Notes under the pieces: model-generated
Databases searched by the model: none
The model's input: the letters and a program-made list of their open reading frames with translations, nothing else
What the model was told of the DNA's origin: nothing
Part shown: positions 22,940 to 55,200 of the stretch, piece by piece
Numbering within the stretch: the stretch's first letter is position 1
How the letters are laid out: each line of letters begins with the position of its first letter
Translations under genes and position numbers: made by a program
Origin: Macrostomum lignano
Taxonomy: Eukaryota
NCBI GenBank assembly: GCA_002269645.1
Contig: NIVC01000224.1
Location: 124,001 to 188,000 of the forward strand
DNA length: 64,000 nucleotides
Direction: 5' to 3'

Positions 22940-23440
22940 AAATCCTGGGATTTGGGATGCCCACAAGGGGATTTAGGATTTAGGATAGGATTTGAGATTA
23001 GGGGAACCCACTTAGGGTATTTGTGATTTGGGATACCCACTAGGGAATTTGGGATACCCACTAAGGGATTTGGGATACCCACTAGGGGATTTGGGATACC
23101 CACTAGGGGATTTGGGATACCCACTAGGGGATTTGGGATACCCACTAGGGGATTTGGGATACCCACTAAAGGATCTGGGATTTGGGGTACCCACTAAAGG
23201 ATTTGGGATTTAGGATACCCACTAAGGGATTTGGAATTTGAGATGCCCACTAAGGGATTTGGGATAGCTACTAAGGGGATTTAAGATTAATGGAACCTTG
23301 AACCTTAAACTTTATAAAGATTAAATAATTAACGAAGGGACTTGGGATTTGGGATACCCACTAAGGGACTTGGGATTTGGGATGCCCACTAAGGGATTTG
23401 GGATGCCTACTAAGGGATTTGAGATGCCCACAAAGGGATT
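22940..23440. repeat. 21-bp minisatellite (GGGATTTGGGATACCCACTAG)
   Basis: Tandem units visible. Confidence 0.9.
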
Positions 23441-23899
23441 TCGGATTTAGAATAACTACTTCAAAACGAGGGGATTTCTTTTGCGTCAGTTATAGCCGCA
23501 ATATTGTTTGGAGTAGATGTAGCAATTTTTATATTTATGATTATAATTTTAAGTTGATTTTTTAATAAGCTTTTACAGTCTAGTTATTTTGTTAGCCTTC
23601 AAAATCCAACCGTACACACGTGGCCTACAAATGAGAAATCTCTTATGTTAATAATTATTTTGATTAAATTAATCTCGAGATAATGCATTAATTTGTTTTA
23701 TGTATTCTGTTTTGCCATTTGGGTTAATTATTTGTTTTAGTTCTGTTCTGTTCGCTTTTTATTGTTATTATAGCTGCTCCCTTCCGCTTGTGTGCCCTGA
23801 CTTTTACCACTTTAGGAACTGGTTCAAGATCTGCTTTTACGAGTATATGCTTAGTGCTCGCTAAATTTTGAGTAACTTTTCAAAACAATATTTTGTTTA

Positions 23900-24745
23900 A
23901 ATTTAGTCATTCTATAGGGTGAAAGTTTGTTTAAATTCAGTCATTCTAATGTGCTGAGATTTTGGTTAAATTCAGTCATTCTAGTGGGGTGAGATTTTTT
24001 ATAAATTGAGTCATTCTAGTGGGGTGAGATTTTGTTATTGTTTAAGTTCAGTCATTCTTATAGTGTGAGATTTTGTTTAGATTCAGTCATTTTTATAGTG
24101 TGAGATTTTGTTTAAATTCAGTCATTCTATGGAGTGAGATTTTGTTTAAATTCAGTCATTCTATGGAGTGAGATTTTGTTTAAATTCAGTCATTCTAGTG
24201 AGGTGAGATTTTGTTTAAATTCAGTCATTCTAGTGAGGTGAGATTTTGTTTAAATTCAGTCATTCTAATAGGGTAAGAGATTTTGTTTAAATTCAGTCAT
24301 TCTAGTGAGGTGAGATTTTGTTTAAATTCAGTCATTCTAATAGGGTAAGAGATTTTGTTTAAATTCAGTCATTCTAGTGGGGTGAGATTTTGTATAAATT
24401 CAGTCATTCTAGTGGGGTGAGATTTTGTATAAATTCAGTCATTCTGGTGGGGTGAGATTTTGTTTAAATTCAGTCATTCTAGTGAGATGAGATTTTGTTT
24501 AAATTCAGTCATTCTAATAGGGTAAGAGATTTTGTTTAAATTCAGTCATTCTAGTGGGGTGAGATTTTGTATAAATTCAGTCATTCTAGTGGGGTGAGAT
24601 TTTGTTTAAATTCAGTCATTCTAGTGGGGTGAAATTTTGTATAAATTCAGTCATTCTAGTGAGGTGAGATTTTGTTTAAATTCAGTCATTCTAGTGAGGT
24701 GAGATTTTGTTTAAATTCAGTCATTCTAGTGAGGTGAGATTCTGT
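23900..24745. repeat. 35-bp minisatellite (AAATTCAGTCATTCTAGTGGGGTGAGATTTTGTTT)
   Basis: Period 35-36. Confidence 0.95.
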
Positions 24746-25177
24746 ATTCACACTCACCGTCGCAGTATTATTTTTTTAGATTTCGATTTGCTTCCTTTTA
24801 AACTATACCAAGCTTCGATTTCTACTTTAGGTAGTCAGAATGTTCAGAGGCCTAATACTCAGTGCCTTATTCAATAATACTCGTAAAATTTTTGAAGCCT
24901 GTTATGGCCTTCAATTAAGATTTTATTTCAAAGTTTTAGTAGCATTTTATTACAATTTGAAGTTAATTTTCAATTTGTATCAGTATTAGGGAGCTTTTTA
25001 TTACTACTTAATTGGTTGTTATTATTCTTGCACCAAAACTTGGTTGAAAAACCAAAATTGCCCATTAAATAAAATGTTTTGAATCATGGAGTCCCGCTCA
25101 AACAGTTCTGCTTTGAATGCGTTTTTAGTTGCAGCCTTAAATAGCTTTTTAGTCTTTGTTTCAGTGTTGCGTTCTTT

Positions 25178-26400
25178 TCCAAGATTAGCGATCCATTCTA
25201 TAGATTAGCAATCCATTCTATAGAATAGCAATCCATTCTATAGATTAGCAATACATTCTATAGATTAGCAATCCATTCTATAGATTAGCAATACATTCTA
25301 TAGATTAGCAGTCCATTCTATAGATTAGCAATCCATTTTATAGATTAGCAATCCATTCTATAGATTAGCAGTCCATTCTATAGATTAGCAGTCCATTCTA
25401 TAGATTAGCAATCTAGTCTATAGATTAGCAGTCCATTCTATAGATTAGCAATTCATTCTATAGATTAGCAATCCGTTCGATAGATTAGCAACCCAGTCTA
25501 TAGATTAGCAATCCATTTTATAGATTAGCAATCCATTCTATAGATTAGCAATCCATTCTATAGATTAGCAATCCATTCTTTAGATTAGCAATCCCTTCTA
25601 TAGATTAGCAATCCATTCTTTAGATTAGCAATCCATTCTATAGATTAGCAATCCATTCTATAGATTAGCAATCCCTTCTATAGATTAGCAATCCATTTTA
25701 TAGATTAGCAATCCATTCTATAGATTAGCAATCCCTTCTATAGATTAGCAATCCATTTTATTGATTAGCAGTCCATTCTATAGATTAGCAATTCATTTTA
25801 TAGATTAGCAATCCATTCGATAGATTAGCAATCCGTTCGATAGATTAGCAATCCATTCTATAGATTAGCAATCCATTCTATAGATTAGCAATCCGTTCGA
25901 TAGATTAGCAATCCATTCTATAGATTAGCAATCCATTCTATAGAATTTCAATCCATTCTATAGATTAGCAATCCCTTCTATAGATTAGCAATCCATTTTA
26001 TAGATTAGCAGTCCATTCTATAGATTAGCAATCCATTCTATAGATTAGCAATCCATTCTATAGATTAGCAATCCATTCTATAGATTAGCAATCCATTCTA
26101 TAGATTAGCAATCCATTCTATAGATTAGCAATCCATTCTATAGATTAGCAATCCATTCTATAGATTAGCAATCCATTCTATAGATTAGCAATCCATTCTA
26201 TAGATTAGCAATCCATTCTATAGATTAGCAATCCATTCTATAGATTAGCAATCCATTCTTTAGATTAGCAATCCATTCTATAGATTAGCAATCCATTCTA
26301 TAGATTAGCAATCCATTCTTTAGATTAGCAATCTATTATATAGATTAGCAATCCATTCTATAGATTAGCAATCAGTTCTATAGATTACCAATATATTCTA
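25178..26400 (+). repeat. 20-bp satellite array (ATTAGCAATCCATTCTATAG), about 60 units
   Basis: Period 20. Confidence 0.97.
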
Positions 26401-26954
26401 TTCGTTTTTTCTCAAGTATACGTGAACTCGAAAATTAAGCTCGTAAGATACGGACAAGACTTTTATTAAACAACGTAAATTGGTTTTCCATCATAATTGT
26501 ATTGGGGTCGCACATTTTGCTACATGCAATTCAATGTATTTTGGTCGTTAATATTAGCGTAAAATCTAGATGGAAAACAGACAAACAAAAAAGAGTTAAG
26601 CTTGTAGTGAATTCGCATGTGAAATGTACATATTCATATAGTTAAATACGTCTGTGAAGTACTGTTTCTAATTACAGTTAAAATAACAAAAAGTAAATTT
26701 GTTATAATTGTGGTTTTTTAAGGAACAAAAAGAGAAGCTAATGGCACCTCTTCTCAAAGTTATATTTAATTGTTATGTACAATTATCAATTGAGAGTGTA
26801 GAGGGAGAAATTATTCGCTCAAAACGTTTTTACATTAATAGTTAAAAGGCTTAAATTTAATTTTTTTGCAATTTGAAAATTCGATTTGTTGAAGCGTTGT
26901 TCCTTGGTAAAAAAAGTCGGAAACTTAGCTATGGTGTTAAACGAAGTTCACTGG

Positions 26955-45563
<18,609 letters not shown>

Positions 45564-46394
45564 CTAATTTTTTAGGTTTAAGTTAAATAAGAATATAGAT
45601 AAATGTACTTGTTCGAATAATTATAACAAAAATTCAGCTCCAATGGCTTACCAGTTTCGCATTGAGCAGAAACTATAATTGTAATTATCAGAATGAGCAG
45701 CGGCAGAGGTCCTGACTTGCTGTCACAAGTCATTGTTTGTTTTGCTTCTTTTAAGCAGATGCTAATATAAACACAAATCCTCTAGTAGTTTGCTAAAAAG
45801 AAGAAATCAACCCGATCCCTTATGCAACAAAGCGAGTTGTTAGAGTTGTGCACTGAGCTGGCAATCCCCAATTTTTATCCATATGTCCCAACAGTGTATC
45901 CGGGTACTGGCGTACTGAATCTCTCCCCAGTTTCTCTCCCCTCCCTTCCCTTTCTCTCAGCCTCCCTATAGCGCCATCCTTGCCTCTTAGCCAATCCACT
46001 TTGCTGGCTGGGGCGCATTGTGAAAGGGGTCAGGGCTGCACTGAATAACTCTGCAGCCTTAAGCACTGATGCTGCTTATAGTTTGTCCAAGCAGAAAGCA
46101 ATTGTCTGATTGCCTGTTTATTGTCATCAGTTGCTGCACTTGCAACCCTACTGTAGTACATAATAGCTCTGCTCAAGCATTCAACATCGCCTTTTTTGGG
46201 ATTGAGATGATTAACGCACAATATTCGCATGTAGTTCACTCAGCGAATCGATTAAGGGTTCCTGAAACTGTGGAAGGTTTTCGGCTCAGGGTTGGTAACA
46301 GGCCATTATATACCGGGTGATATAGGAAGGATATCGGATGAGATAGGGAGCATAAAGGGTTAGACAGGAGAGACAAGTGAGAGACAAGAGAATG

Positions 46395-47050
46395 GGTGAG
46401 ACAAGAGAGATACCGGATAAGACATGAGAGATACCGGGTGAGACAAGAGAGATACCGGGTGAGACATGAGAGATACCGGGTGAGACAAGAGAGATACCGG
46501 GTGAGACATGAGAGATACCGGATAAGACATGAGAGATACCGGGTGAGACAAGAGAGATACCGGGTGAGACATGAGAGATACCGGGTGAGACAAGAGAGAT
46601 ACCGGATAAGACATGAGAGATACCGGATAAGACATGAGAGATACCGGGTGAGACAAGAGAGATACCGGGTGAGACATGAGAGATACCGGGTGAGACATGA
46701 GAGATACCGGATAAGACATGAGAGATACCGGGTGAGACAAGAGAGATACCGGGTGAGACATGAGAGATACCGGGTGGGACAAAAGAGATACCGGGTGAGA
46801 CAAAAGAGATACCGGGTGAGACCATACAGAAGAGATACCGGGTGAGACCATACAGAATAGATACCGGGTGAGACCATACAGAATAGATACCGGGTGAGAC
46901 CATACAGAATAGATACCGGGTGAGACCATACAGAATAGATACCGGGTGAGACCATACAGAATAGATACCGGGTGAGACAAGGTTGAGAGATACTGCATGG
47001 GTTTAAAAATGAGAGATACCGGGTTGAATTGAAACAGGGGAGATACCTGT
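46395..47050. repeat. 21-bp minisatellite (GAGAGATACCGGGTGAGACAT) grading into a 23-bp variant
   Basis: Tandem units. Confidence 0.92.
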
Positions 47051-47814
47051 GAATGAGAGAAACTCCGATAAAACAAAGACCAGTGCAAAACAGTAAAAGT
47101 ACATATACATACATTTTACACGGTAATTTCAAAGATCGTATAATATGGGAAAGAAATTGGCTCAATCAAGACAATTTGCAGTCTGCTCTAACTTGAGGTG
47201 TTACAGTGCCAATGAGAAGGAATTGTAGCTAGCTAGTGCAGAAGACTGTGAAGCATCAATAGAGAAATCCTACAGAGTGCTAGACGACGCGCCTTAATTC
47301 TCTCGAGCATATAGGGGCTAAACTGCATTTTTCTACTGATGCATGGTTGAATATTGTGTACGCTTGATTAATTAGCAAACTAATTAATGAGAAGCAATTA
47401 GCAGCAATATTTACGGTACTCATGACTTATGGTTGAGTGAATTTAATGGTATTTACGATCTACACGTGTAGATATGTAGATACGCATATATGGAATTAGA
47501 ATCTAGTTCTCTTTTGACTAATTAATTCTGTATTTGTACGTGTAGGTAGGAATTCAGGTCGTCAGCTCTACATTCAATTACATGTAATAGGGGGACAGTG
47601 TATTGTTGGTTGTGTGTGGCAATGCTGCACACAATTAAATGTTACATGTAGGTGACAATTCAATTAACTGCATGTGGGAAACTATATGCGCGCAGTGTGT
47701 GTGTAGCTTGCTTGCATCTCAGGCCGGGGCTCCAACCCGCTGTGATTTTTTATTGGGTAAGGCGCTCTGCCTGTGTAACTGCTAGTATACATGTATATAG
47801 TGCCGCGTCTTGGG

Positions 47815-48590
47815 GGATTTCATTTCGGGGGTATTTCATTTAGCTGGCGATGGGTAATTTCATCTTGGGGTATTTTGGGGGTATTTCATTTAGCTGGCGA
47901 TGGGTAATTTCATCTTGAGGTATTTTGGGGGTAGTTCATTTAGCTGGCGATGGGTAATTTCATCTTGGGGTATTTTGGGGGTAGTTAATTTAGCTGGCGA
48001 TGGGTAATTTCATCTTGGGGTATTTTGGGGGTAGTTAATTTAGCTGGCGATGGGTAATTTCATCTTGAGGTATTTTGGGGGTATTTCATTTAGCTGGCGA
48101 TGGGTAATTTCATCTTGAGGTATTTTGGGGGTAGTTCATTTAGCTGCTGGCGATGGGTAATTTCATCTTGGGGTATTTTGGGGGTATTTCATTTAGCTGG
48201 CGATGGGTAATTTCATCTTGGGGTATTTTGGGGGTATTTCATTTAGCTGGCGATGGGTAATTTCATCTTGAGGTATTTTGGGGGTAGTTCATTTAGCTGC
48301 TGGCGATGGGTAATTTCATCTTGGGGTATTTTGGGGGTATTTCATTTAGCTGCTGGCGATGGATAATTTCATCTTGGGGTATTTTGGGGGTATTTCATTT
48401 AGCTGGCGATGGGTAATTTCATCTTGAGGTATTTTGGGGGTAGTTCATTTAGCTGCTGGCGATGGGTAATTTCATCTTGGGGTATTTTGGGGGTATTTCA
48501 TTTAGCTGCTGGCGATGGATAATTTCATCTTGGGGTATTTTGGGGGTATTTCATCTTGGGGTATTTTGGGGGTATTTCATTTTGGAGTTA
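47815..48590. repeat. 50/53-bp minisatellite (GTATTTCATTTAGCTGGCGATGGGTAATTTCATCTTGGGGTATTTTGGGG)
   Basis: Period 50 at 47831/47881. Confidence 0.93.
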
Positions 48591-48899
48591 ATTTCGTTGG
48601 GTTACATTTCATTTGAGAGCTGGCGCTGCATCAGCCATATGCCACCATGCACGTACACAGTCATGTAGATATTTGCATAAAGCGCCTACTATCAGCATGC
48701 GGTGGAAGCAGCAAAGTTTATATATAAAACTGTCAGCCATTATTCTCTCAACAATTTATATATTTATTAATCTCAATTGGGTATGAATTTTTATACATAA
48801 TTGATCCATGCAATAATAAATGTACAGTGCAGAGAATGCGCTCTCTCGCGAAAAAAACTCGATTTGCAGTTGCAGTGCATATCAATCTACCATGTAAAC

Positions 48900-49203
48900 C
48901 AGGCCGGGGCGTCGCCATGAATTTTATGGTGGGGAGGACAAAGCCAAGAATTCAACATTCTGTACATGACTAACTTTTGGCACTCATTTTGGCGTTGCAG
49001 GCACTCATTTTGGCACCGCAGGCACTCATTTTAGCGCCACAGTCATTCATTTTAGCGCTGCATGCACTCATTTTGGCGCCGAAGGCGCTATATTTTGGCG
49101 CCCTGAAGAGATACTATTGATTAACACAACGACTCACAACGTGGGTGGGGGGAACAAAGCATTGGCATGTCCCCCCTGTCCCCCCCCGGTGGCGACGCGC
49201 CTG
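48900..49203. mobile_element. hAT-like MITE, older copy
   Basis: Imperfect TIR CCGGGGCGTCGCCA / TGGCGACGCGCCTG (12/14); internal GCACTCATTTTGGCG repeats; TSD not clean. Confidence 0.55.
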
Positions 49204-50243
49204 TATGTAACGCAAGCTAGGACGCCCATGTACGGATGCGCGTTATTCCTAGTAGCTGTAAATTCAAATTTACGATGTTAAATAAATAAGAAATCACAGA
49301 CTTATCTCTAGCTCTTTGAAATCAAATGCTTTTCTAAGGACCACTCTATATAACTGTTTTATACCGTGATCGTTGTGCTCTACTCGACATGGTTAGTTTG
49401 TGAGCAATTGTTATATTAACTTATCTTTATACTAAAAAGAACTTTTGATAACACGTAAATGTAAAAGGTAAAAATTTTTTTTAAACAATTTCTACAAACA
49501 TTTGTTTAAACCTTTAAAAGACAAACTAGTCGAATTTAACTCAAATTTTTGTAAGAAATAGAAAAGGAAATCCGAAGTAAGTTGAACTGGGTATCGTCGT
49601 CTGCATGTGCGTGTTGTTGAATGTTGACTCGAAAGTTGGTTTTTGCATTCTTTAGATGGTTTGAAAGTCAAGACAAGGTGACTATGTTTTGTTTATAGTC
49701 GCAGTTTAATTTTTACGGGAAATGCTACTGATAATATGTTGCTTAGCTTAGTTTTTTAATTTTATTTTATCGGCTTGGCTGGCTTGCGACTGTCAGGAAT
49801 TTTAAATTTGCAGCCTGATACGGACTACTTACGTGTTATAACTTATAATGCCACTGTCAGTCATTGCTATCATTAAATATGTCTTTCATATCAAGTAGTT
49901 ATATTTTCAACATAGCTTAGATAGACTAATTGAATTAATACTAATAGGTCTAATATTTTTGCAGGCTTGCACTTCCACTTGCAGCTTGCTTATAATTATA
50001 AAATTATACTTTATGCTGCAGTAGCAGTAGGTAGGCTTAGTGAACTCACTATTGTCATTGATTGTCAGGTCAAATTTTGTGCAGTTAATGTTTTTAATAA
50101 ACTTGTCATGATTTTAAAAAAAATTTCTATTGATATCTTTGACTTGTCTTTAACTCTATTGCCAGTGTTGGAATAAATATGTAGCCATAGCAGATGCCTA
50201 TATTTTTGCACCTTACTAAAAATCTTGGTATACAATATTTAGG

Positions 50244-50832
50244 CCAGGGTCAGGATTGTGTACCGCTGTACGCCGGAACGAAAATTGCTTCTGTAGCTCA
50301 TGCACGCCAATGTACGCCAACGAACTTTTTATCGCATACAAAAATACGCCAAAATAGAAATTACAAATTACAACTAATATTAAAAGCTTGCAAAATTTTA
50401 ATATTTAATCAACCTATGTGTTAAAACTGAAAATATTTTTACTAAACTGTAGAGAACTAGTTCATTTTAACTAATTTTGTTTTACTTTTACTTTCTTGGA
50501 AAGGTTAAGCCCGGTTTTTTATTAAGTTTTCCATTTTTTTTCGTAAAGGGCCAGCCATTCTTTCTGATCAAAATTTAGCTACTGTAACTATGTACATGGA
50601 AACTATGCCAAATGCAAACTTAATCATTTTTGTATGCTAATTATGTAGATTGATTGTTGGGACTCGGAACTTTTGGTCCCACCTGCTGGTCTCGGCAATC
50701 TCTATATGCCAAGCTGTATGCCAAGAGGGCACGCCAGGCGCCTTTGTACGCCAAGTTGTACGCCAATGTGTAATCTAGGTCCCTCTGTACGCCGGAATTT
50801 TCCGGCGTACATGTATACCATCCGGAGTCTGG
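50244..50832. mobile_element. 589-bp non-autonomous DNA transposon with 8-bp TSD
   Basis: TATTTAGG at 50236-50243 and 50833-50840; imperfect TIRs CCAG...TGTACGCCGGAA; internal GTACGCC repeats. Confidence 0.8.
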
Positions 50833-51806
50833 TATTTAGGTCCAATATTACCAAACACAATAATTATAGTTTTATACAAAAATTGCCAAGTTTGGGTTTG
50901 GCTATAGTATATAATATAATATAGCTAACTTTTGATCAAAAAAGCTCTTTTATCAAAATAAAAACAAAGCTGAAATAGTAAGCACCTTACAAAGAAAATG
51001 AACTTATAAAACTAAAATAGCATCCTAATTGACCTAAAGTTAGTCAAAGTCAAACTTTTGCTTCTATAATCTATGTAAAAAGTTATACAAGCAAGTTTTT
51101 TGGCAAAATTTAATTTTATAATTATAGCAGCCTAAGCCTTAAAAAAACTTTTGATCTAGATTATAGATTATTATATTTTAAACATTTATTCCATTTGACT
51201 AGGCCTATAATAAAATTTTAACTTTACTTTTAATTGAATTCTATCACAAATAATTTATAATGCAACTTTGTCTTTCAAAACAACTCAATGAAGTATGGTA
51301 TAGTATATCTAAGATCTAAAATTATAATATTCTTTCAATAACCATAAGAAATTTAAAATAATCATCATATTATAAAGGATAGATATGTAGTATTATTAAA
51401 CTATATTAAATAAATGATGTCCCTAAGTCTAACACTTAAAAAGCTAAGCAAAAGAATGTATCATGTAATTGACAAGATTGAATCTATAGAATTAAAGTAC
51501 AAGTGTCATATGTAGCTTAAATTGTCAATTTAAATAATGGCTTATATTACTATGACCTAGGTTGTACTTATAGTAATAGTGATATTTAAGTCTAAGCTTT
51601 TTAATATTGCTTTGTTTAATAATTTTTTAAATAAATCATACTAATTTTACCTTTTACATTATTCAATTTACTATACAAATTTCAGTGCACATTATGCGAT
51701 GACTTGAAGTTGTTTGCAACTTCAAAAATTATTGTTTTTAAAAATACTATTGCTGTCACATACTTAAAGATTACTGACTGAAAAAGCAACTTGATAGAAA
51801 AAACAC

Positions 51807-52207
51807 ATGGGCTGCTCTTATTCCAAGCAGTCTGTGGCAGGTGTTGAGAGAAACCAGCCTCAACAGGTGAATCTGCAGCAAGCAGCCATTGCCAATGGAG
51901 CTAGTAGTGCATCTGCTCAGGCCACAGATCTCACCGATATTCAAGTTGAAGAACTATGGCCAAAATTCATCCAGGCCATAGACATAACTGCAGATCGAGC
52001 CAGGGACATGGCTGCTCTGGATAATGATAAAAAACGACAGGCTGTGCAAAACTGGCTGAAATCTGTGCAACCTGGTCAGAACAGCCACACTGTGGGATAT
52101 TATGTAAGCCAGCTGCAGCGCTGCATCAGACACGGGTCTGCTGTTAGTGGAGAGAAAATCGATCTGATTCGCAGCTTGGAGAATAGTTTGAGAACTTATT
52201 CTGTTCA
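51807..52207 (+). CDS. FMNL: FMNL exon 1 (N-terminus, GBD start)
   Basis: MGCSYSK...LIRSLENSLRTYSV; phase-2 donor CA|GTGAGT. Confidence 0.85.
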
Positions 52208-55200
52208 GTGAGTACAACTGTTTTATGGCTTATCCGTTATAACTTGTTGATTCGTTTATTCTGCGTGTTTTTGGGGTCTTTGTTTCGTGTAGTTTCGGGT
52301 CTTTGTTCCGTGTAGTTTCGGGTCTTTGTTCCGTTTAATTTCGGGTCTTTGTTCCGTGTAGTTGTGGGTCTTTGTTCCGTGTAGTTTCGGGTCTTTGTTC
52401 CGTGTAGTTGTGGGTCTTTGTTCCGTGTAGTTTCGGGTCTTTGTTCCGTTTAATTTCGGGTCTTTGTTCCGTTTAGTTTCGGGTCTTTGTTCCGTTTAGT
52501 TTCGGGTCTTTGTTCCGTGTAGTTGTGGGTCTTTGTTCCGTGTAGTTTCGGGTCTTTGTTCCGTTTAATTTCGGGTCTTTGTTCCGTGTAGTTGTGGGTC
52601 TTTGTTCCGTGTAGTTGTGGGTCTTTGTTCCGTGTAGTTGTGGGTCTTTGTTCCGTTTAATTTCGGGTCTTTGTTCCGTGTAGTTGTGGGTCTTTGTTCC
52701 GTGTAGTTTCGGGTCTTTGTTCCGTTTAATTTCGGGTCTTTGTTCCGTGTAGTTGTGGGTCTTTGTTCCATGTAGTTTCGGGTCTTTGTTCCGTTTAATT
52801 TCGGGTCTTTGTTCCGTGTAGTTGTGGGTCTTTGTTCCATGTAGTTTCGGGTCTTTGTTCCGTGTAGTTGTGGGTCTTTGTTCCATGTAGTTTCGGGTCT
52901 TTGTTCCGTGTAGTTGTGGGTCTTTGTTCCATGTAGTTTCGGGTCTTTGTTCCGTTTAGTTTCGGGTCTTTGTTCCGTGTAGTTGTGGGTCTTTGTTCCG
53001 TGTAGTTGTGGGTCTTTGTTCTATGTAGTTTCGGGTCTTTGTTCCGTTTAATTTCGGGTCTTTGTTCTGTGTAGTTGTGGGTCTTTGTTCCATGTAGTTT
53101 CGGGTCTTTGTTCCGTGTAGTTGTGGGTCTTTGTTCCATGTAGTTTCGGGTCTTTGTTCCGTTTAGTTTCGGGTCTTTGTTCCGTGTAGTTGTGGGTCTT
53201 TGTTCCGTGTAGTTGTGGGTCTTTGTTCCATGTAGTTTCGGGTCTTTGTTCCGTTTAATTTCGGGTCTTTGTTCCGTTTAATTTCGGGTCTTTGTTCCGT
53301 GTAGTTGTGGGTCTTTGTTCCATGTAGTTTCGGGTCTTTGTTCCGTGTAGTTGTGGGTCTTTGTTCCATGTAGTTTCGGGTCTTTGTTCCGTTTAGTTTC
53401 GGGTCTTTGTTCCGTGTAGTTGTGGGTCTTTGTTCCGTGTAGTTGTGGGTCTTTGTTCTATGTAGTTTCGGGTCTTTGTTCCGTTTAATTTCGGGTCTTT
53501 GTTCCGTTTAGTTTCGGGTCTTTGTTCCGTTTAGTTTCGGGTCTTTGTTCTGTAGTTTGGTGTCTGTTCTGTAGTTTCGGGTCTTTGTTCTGTAGTTTGG
53601 TGTCTCTGTTTTGTAGTTTCGGGTCTTTGTTCCATATAAGTTTCGGGTCTGCTGCGGTAATATGGGGTTTTTGTGTAAGCACATACGGCGATAGATGAAG
53701 TAATAGCTGTAATACTATGTGCATTTTTTGCGAACCAAACAAGTGGTTAGTTTGCACCTAAAACAAAAAATAATCCAAATTATATGCTCAGTGCAGACCG
53801 CCTCTTCTACTCAGCTTTTTCTGACAATTAAATTCTGTTTACAACAATTTTTTTTTACTGAATCTCCTTTTTTACGCGCTTGTAGACTTGAGTATGTTTT
53901 CTCGCAAAAAGATACCGTTGCTAAAAATAGCATCATGCTTATGATAGAAGGTTTGCTGTGGAATCAACCATTGCAATTTAAGTTTGAGAACTGTGAGAAT
54001 TTTCAAATTCACAGTTCGGTGATATTTGTCAGAATCATGAGTGCCATTTGTCAGAATCATAAATGCCATTTGTCAGAATCATAAATTATGCCATTTGTCA
54101 GAATCATAAGTGCCATTTGTCAGAATCATAAATGCCATTTGTCAGAATCAAAAGTGCCATTTGTCAGAATCATAAATGCCATTTGTCAGAATCAAAAGTG
54201 CCATTTGTCAGAATCATAAATGCCATTTGTCAGAATCATAAATTATGCCATTTGTCAGAATCATAAGTGCCATTTGTCAGAATCATAAATGCCATTTGTC
54301 AGAATCAAAAGTGCCATTTGTCAGAATCATAAATGCCATTTGTCAGAATCAAAAGTGCCATTTGTCAGAATCATAAATGCCATTTGTCAGAATCAAAAGT
54401 GCCATTTGTCAGAATCATAATTGCCATTTGTCAGAATCATAAATGCCATTTGTCAGAATCAAAAGTGCCATTTGTCAGAATCATAAATGCCATTTGTCAG
54501 AATCAAAAGTGCCATTTGTCAGAATCATGAGTGCCATTTGTCAGAATCATAAATGCCATTTTTGTCAATACACAAGCACCCTAACATTAAAAACATTTCT
54601 CTCAGATGGCTGGAACAATTTATCGAAGAAGGCGGCCTCGACCTGTTAATCGAATACATGGGCCGATCTTTGGACGATTTGATCAGGTAAAGTTCAAGAT
54701 GTACTTTTGTTGTGTTGGAAAAAATCAAAATAACCCTTGTTGCCTCGTTGAAAAACAAGCTAATGCACTGAAGGTGGTATATTTTATTTAGTGTATAAAA
54801 TAACTCGATTTGTCACCCCCACCGATTGATATAGATGGTGGATTGGCAGAATAATGCTATCACAATCTGCACCATTGCTAAGTTCGTAAGTTATCAAATT
54901 TTAGATTATTAAATCTTGATTGCTGTGTAACCAACTAATAGATAGATAAATTGATATTTAATATAAATTATAACTGCATGTTCTGTGTGCCTCTTAACTT
55001 ACAATAAAAACGGGTGCAGTAACGGAATGTGTACATGGGAATAATTCATATTCTTCTCGATCTCTGTCTGCGGTCTGTCTGATCTCTATCTGCGGTCTGT
55101 CTGATCTCTATTTGCCGTCTGTCTGATCTCTATCTGCCGTCTGTCTGATCTCTATCTGCCGTCTGTCTGATCTCTATCTGCCGTCTGTCTGATCTCTATC

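Noticed and set aside
47193-47328. Possible FSTL4/5-like signal-peptide exon (ATG at 47328, phase-1 donor at 47193)
   Set aside because: Contains an in-frame TAG at codon 32 and only a moderate donor; the phase match has a one-in-three chance
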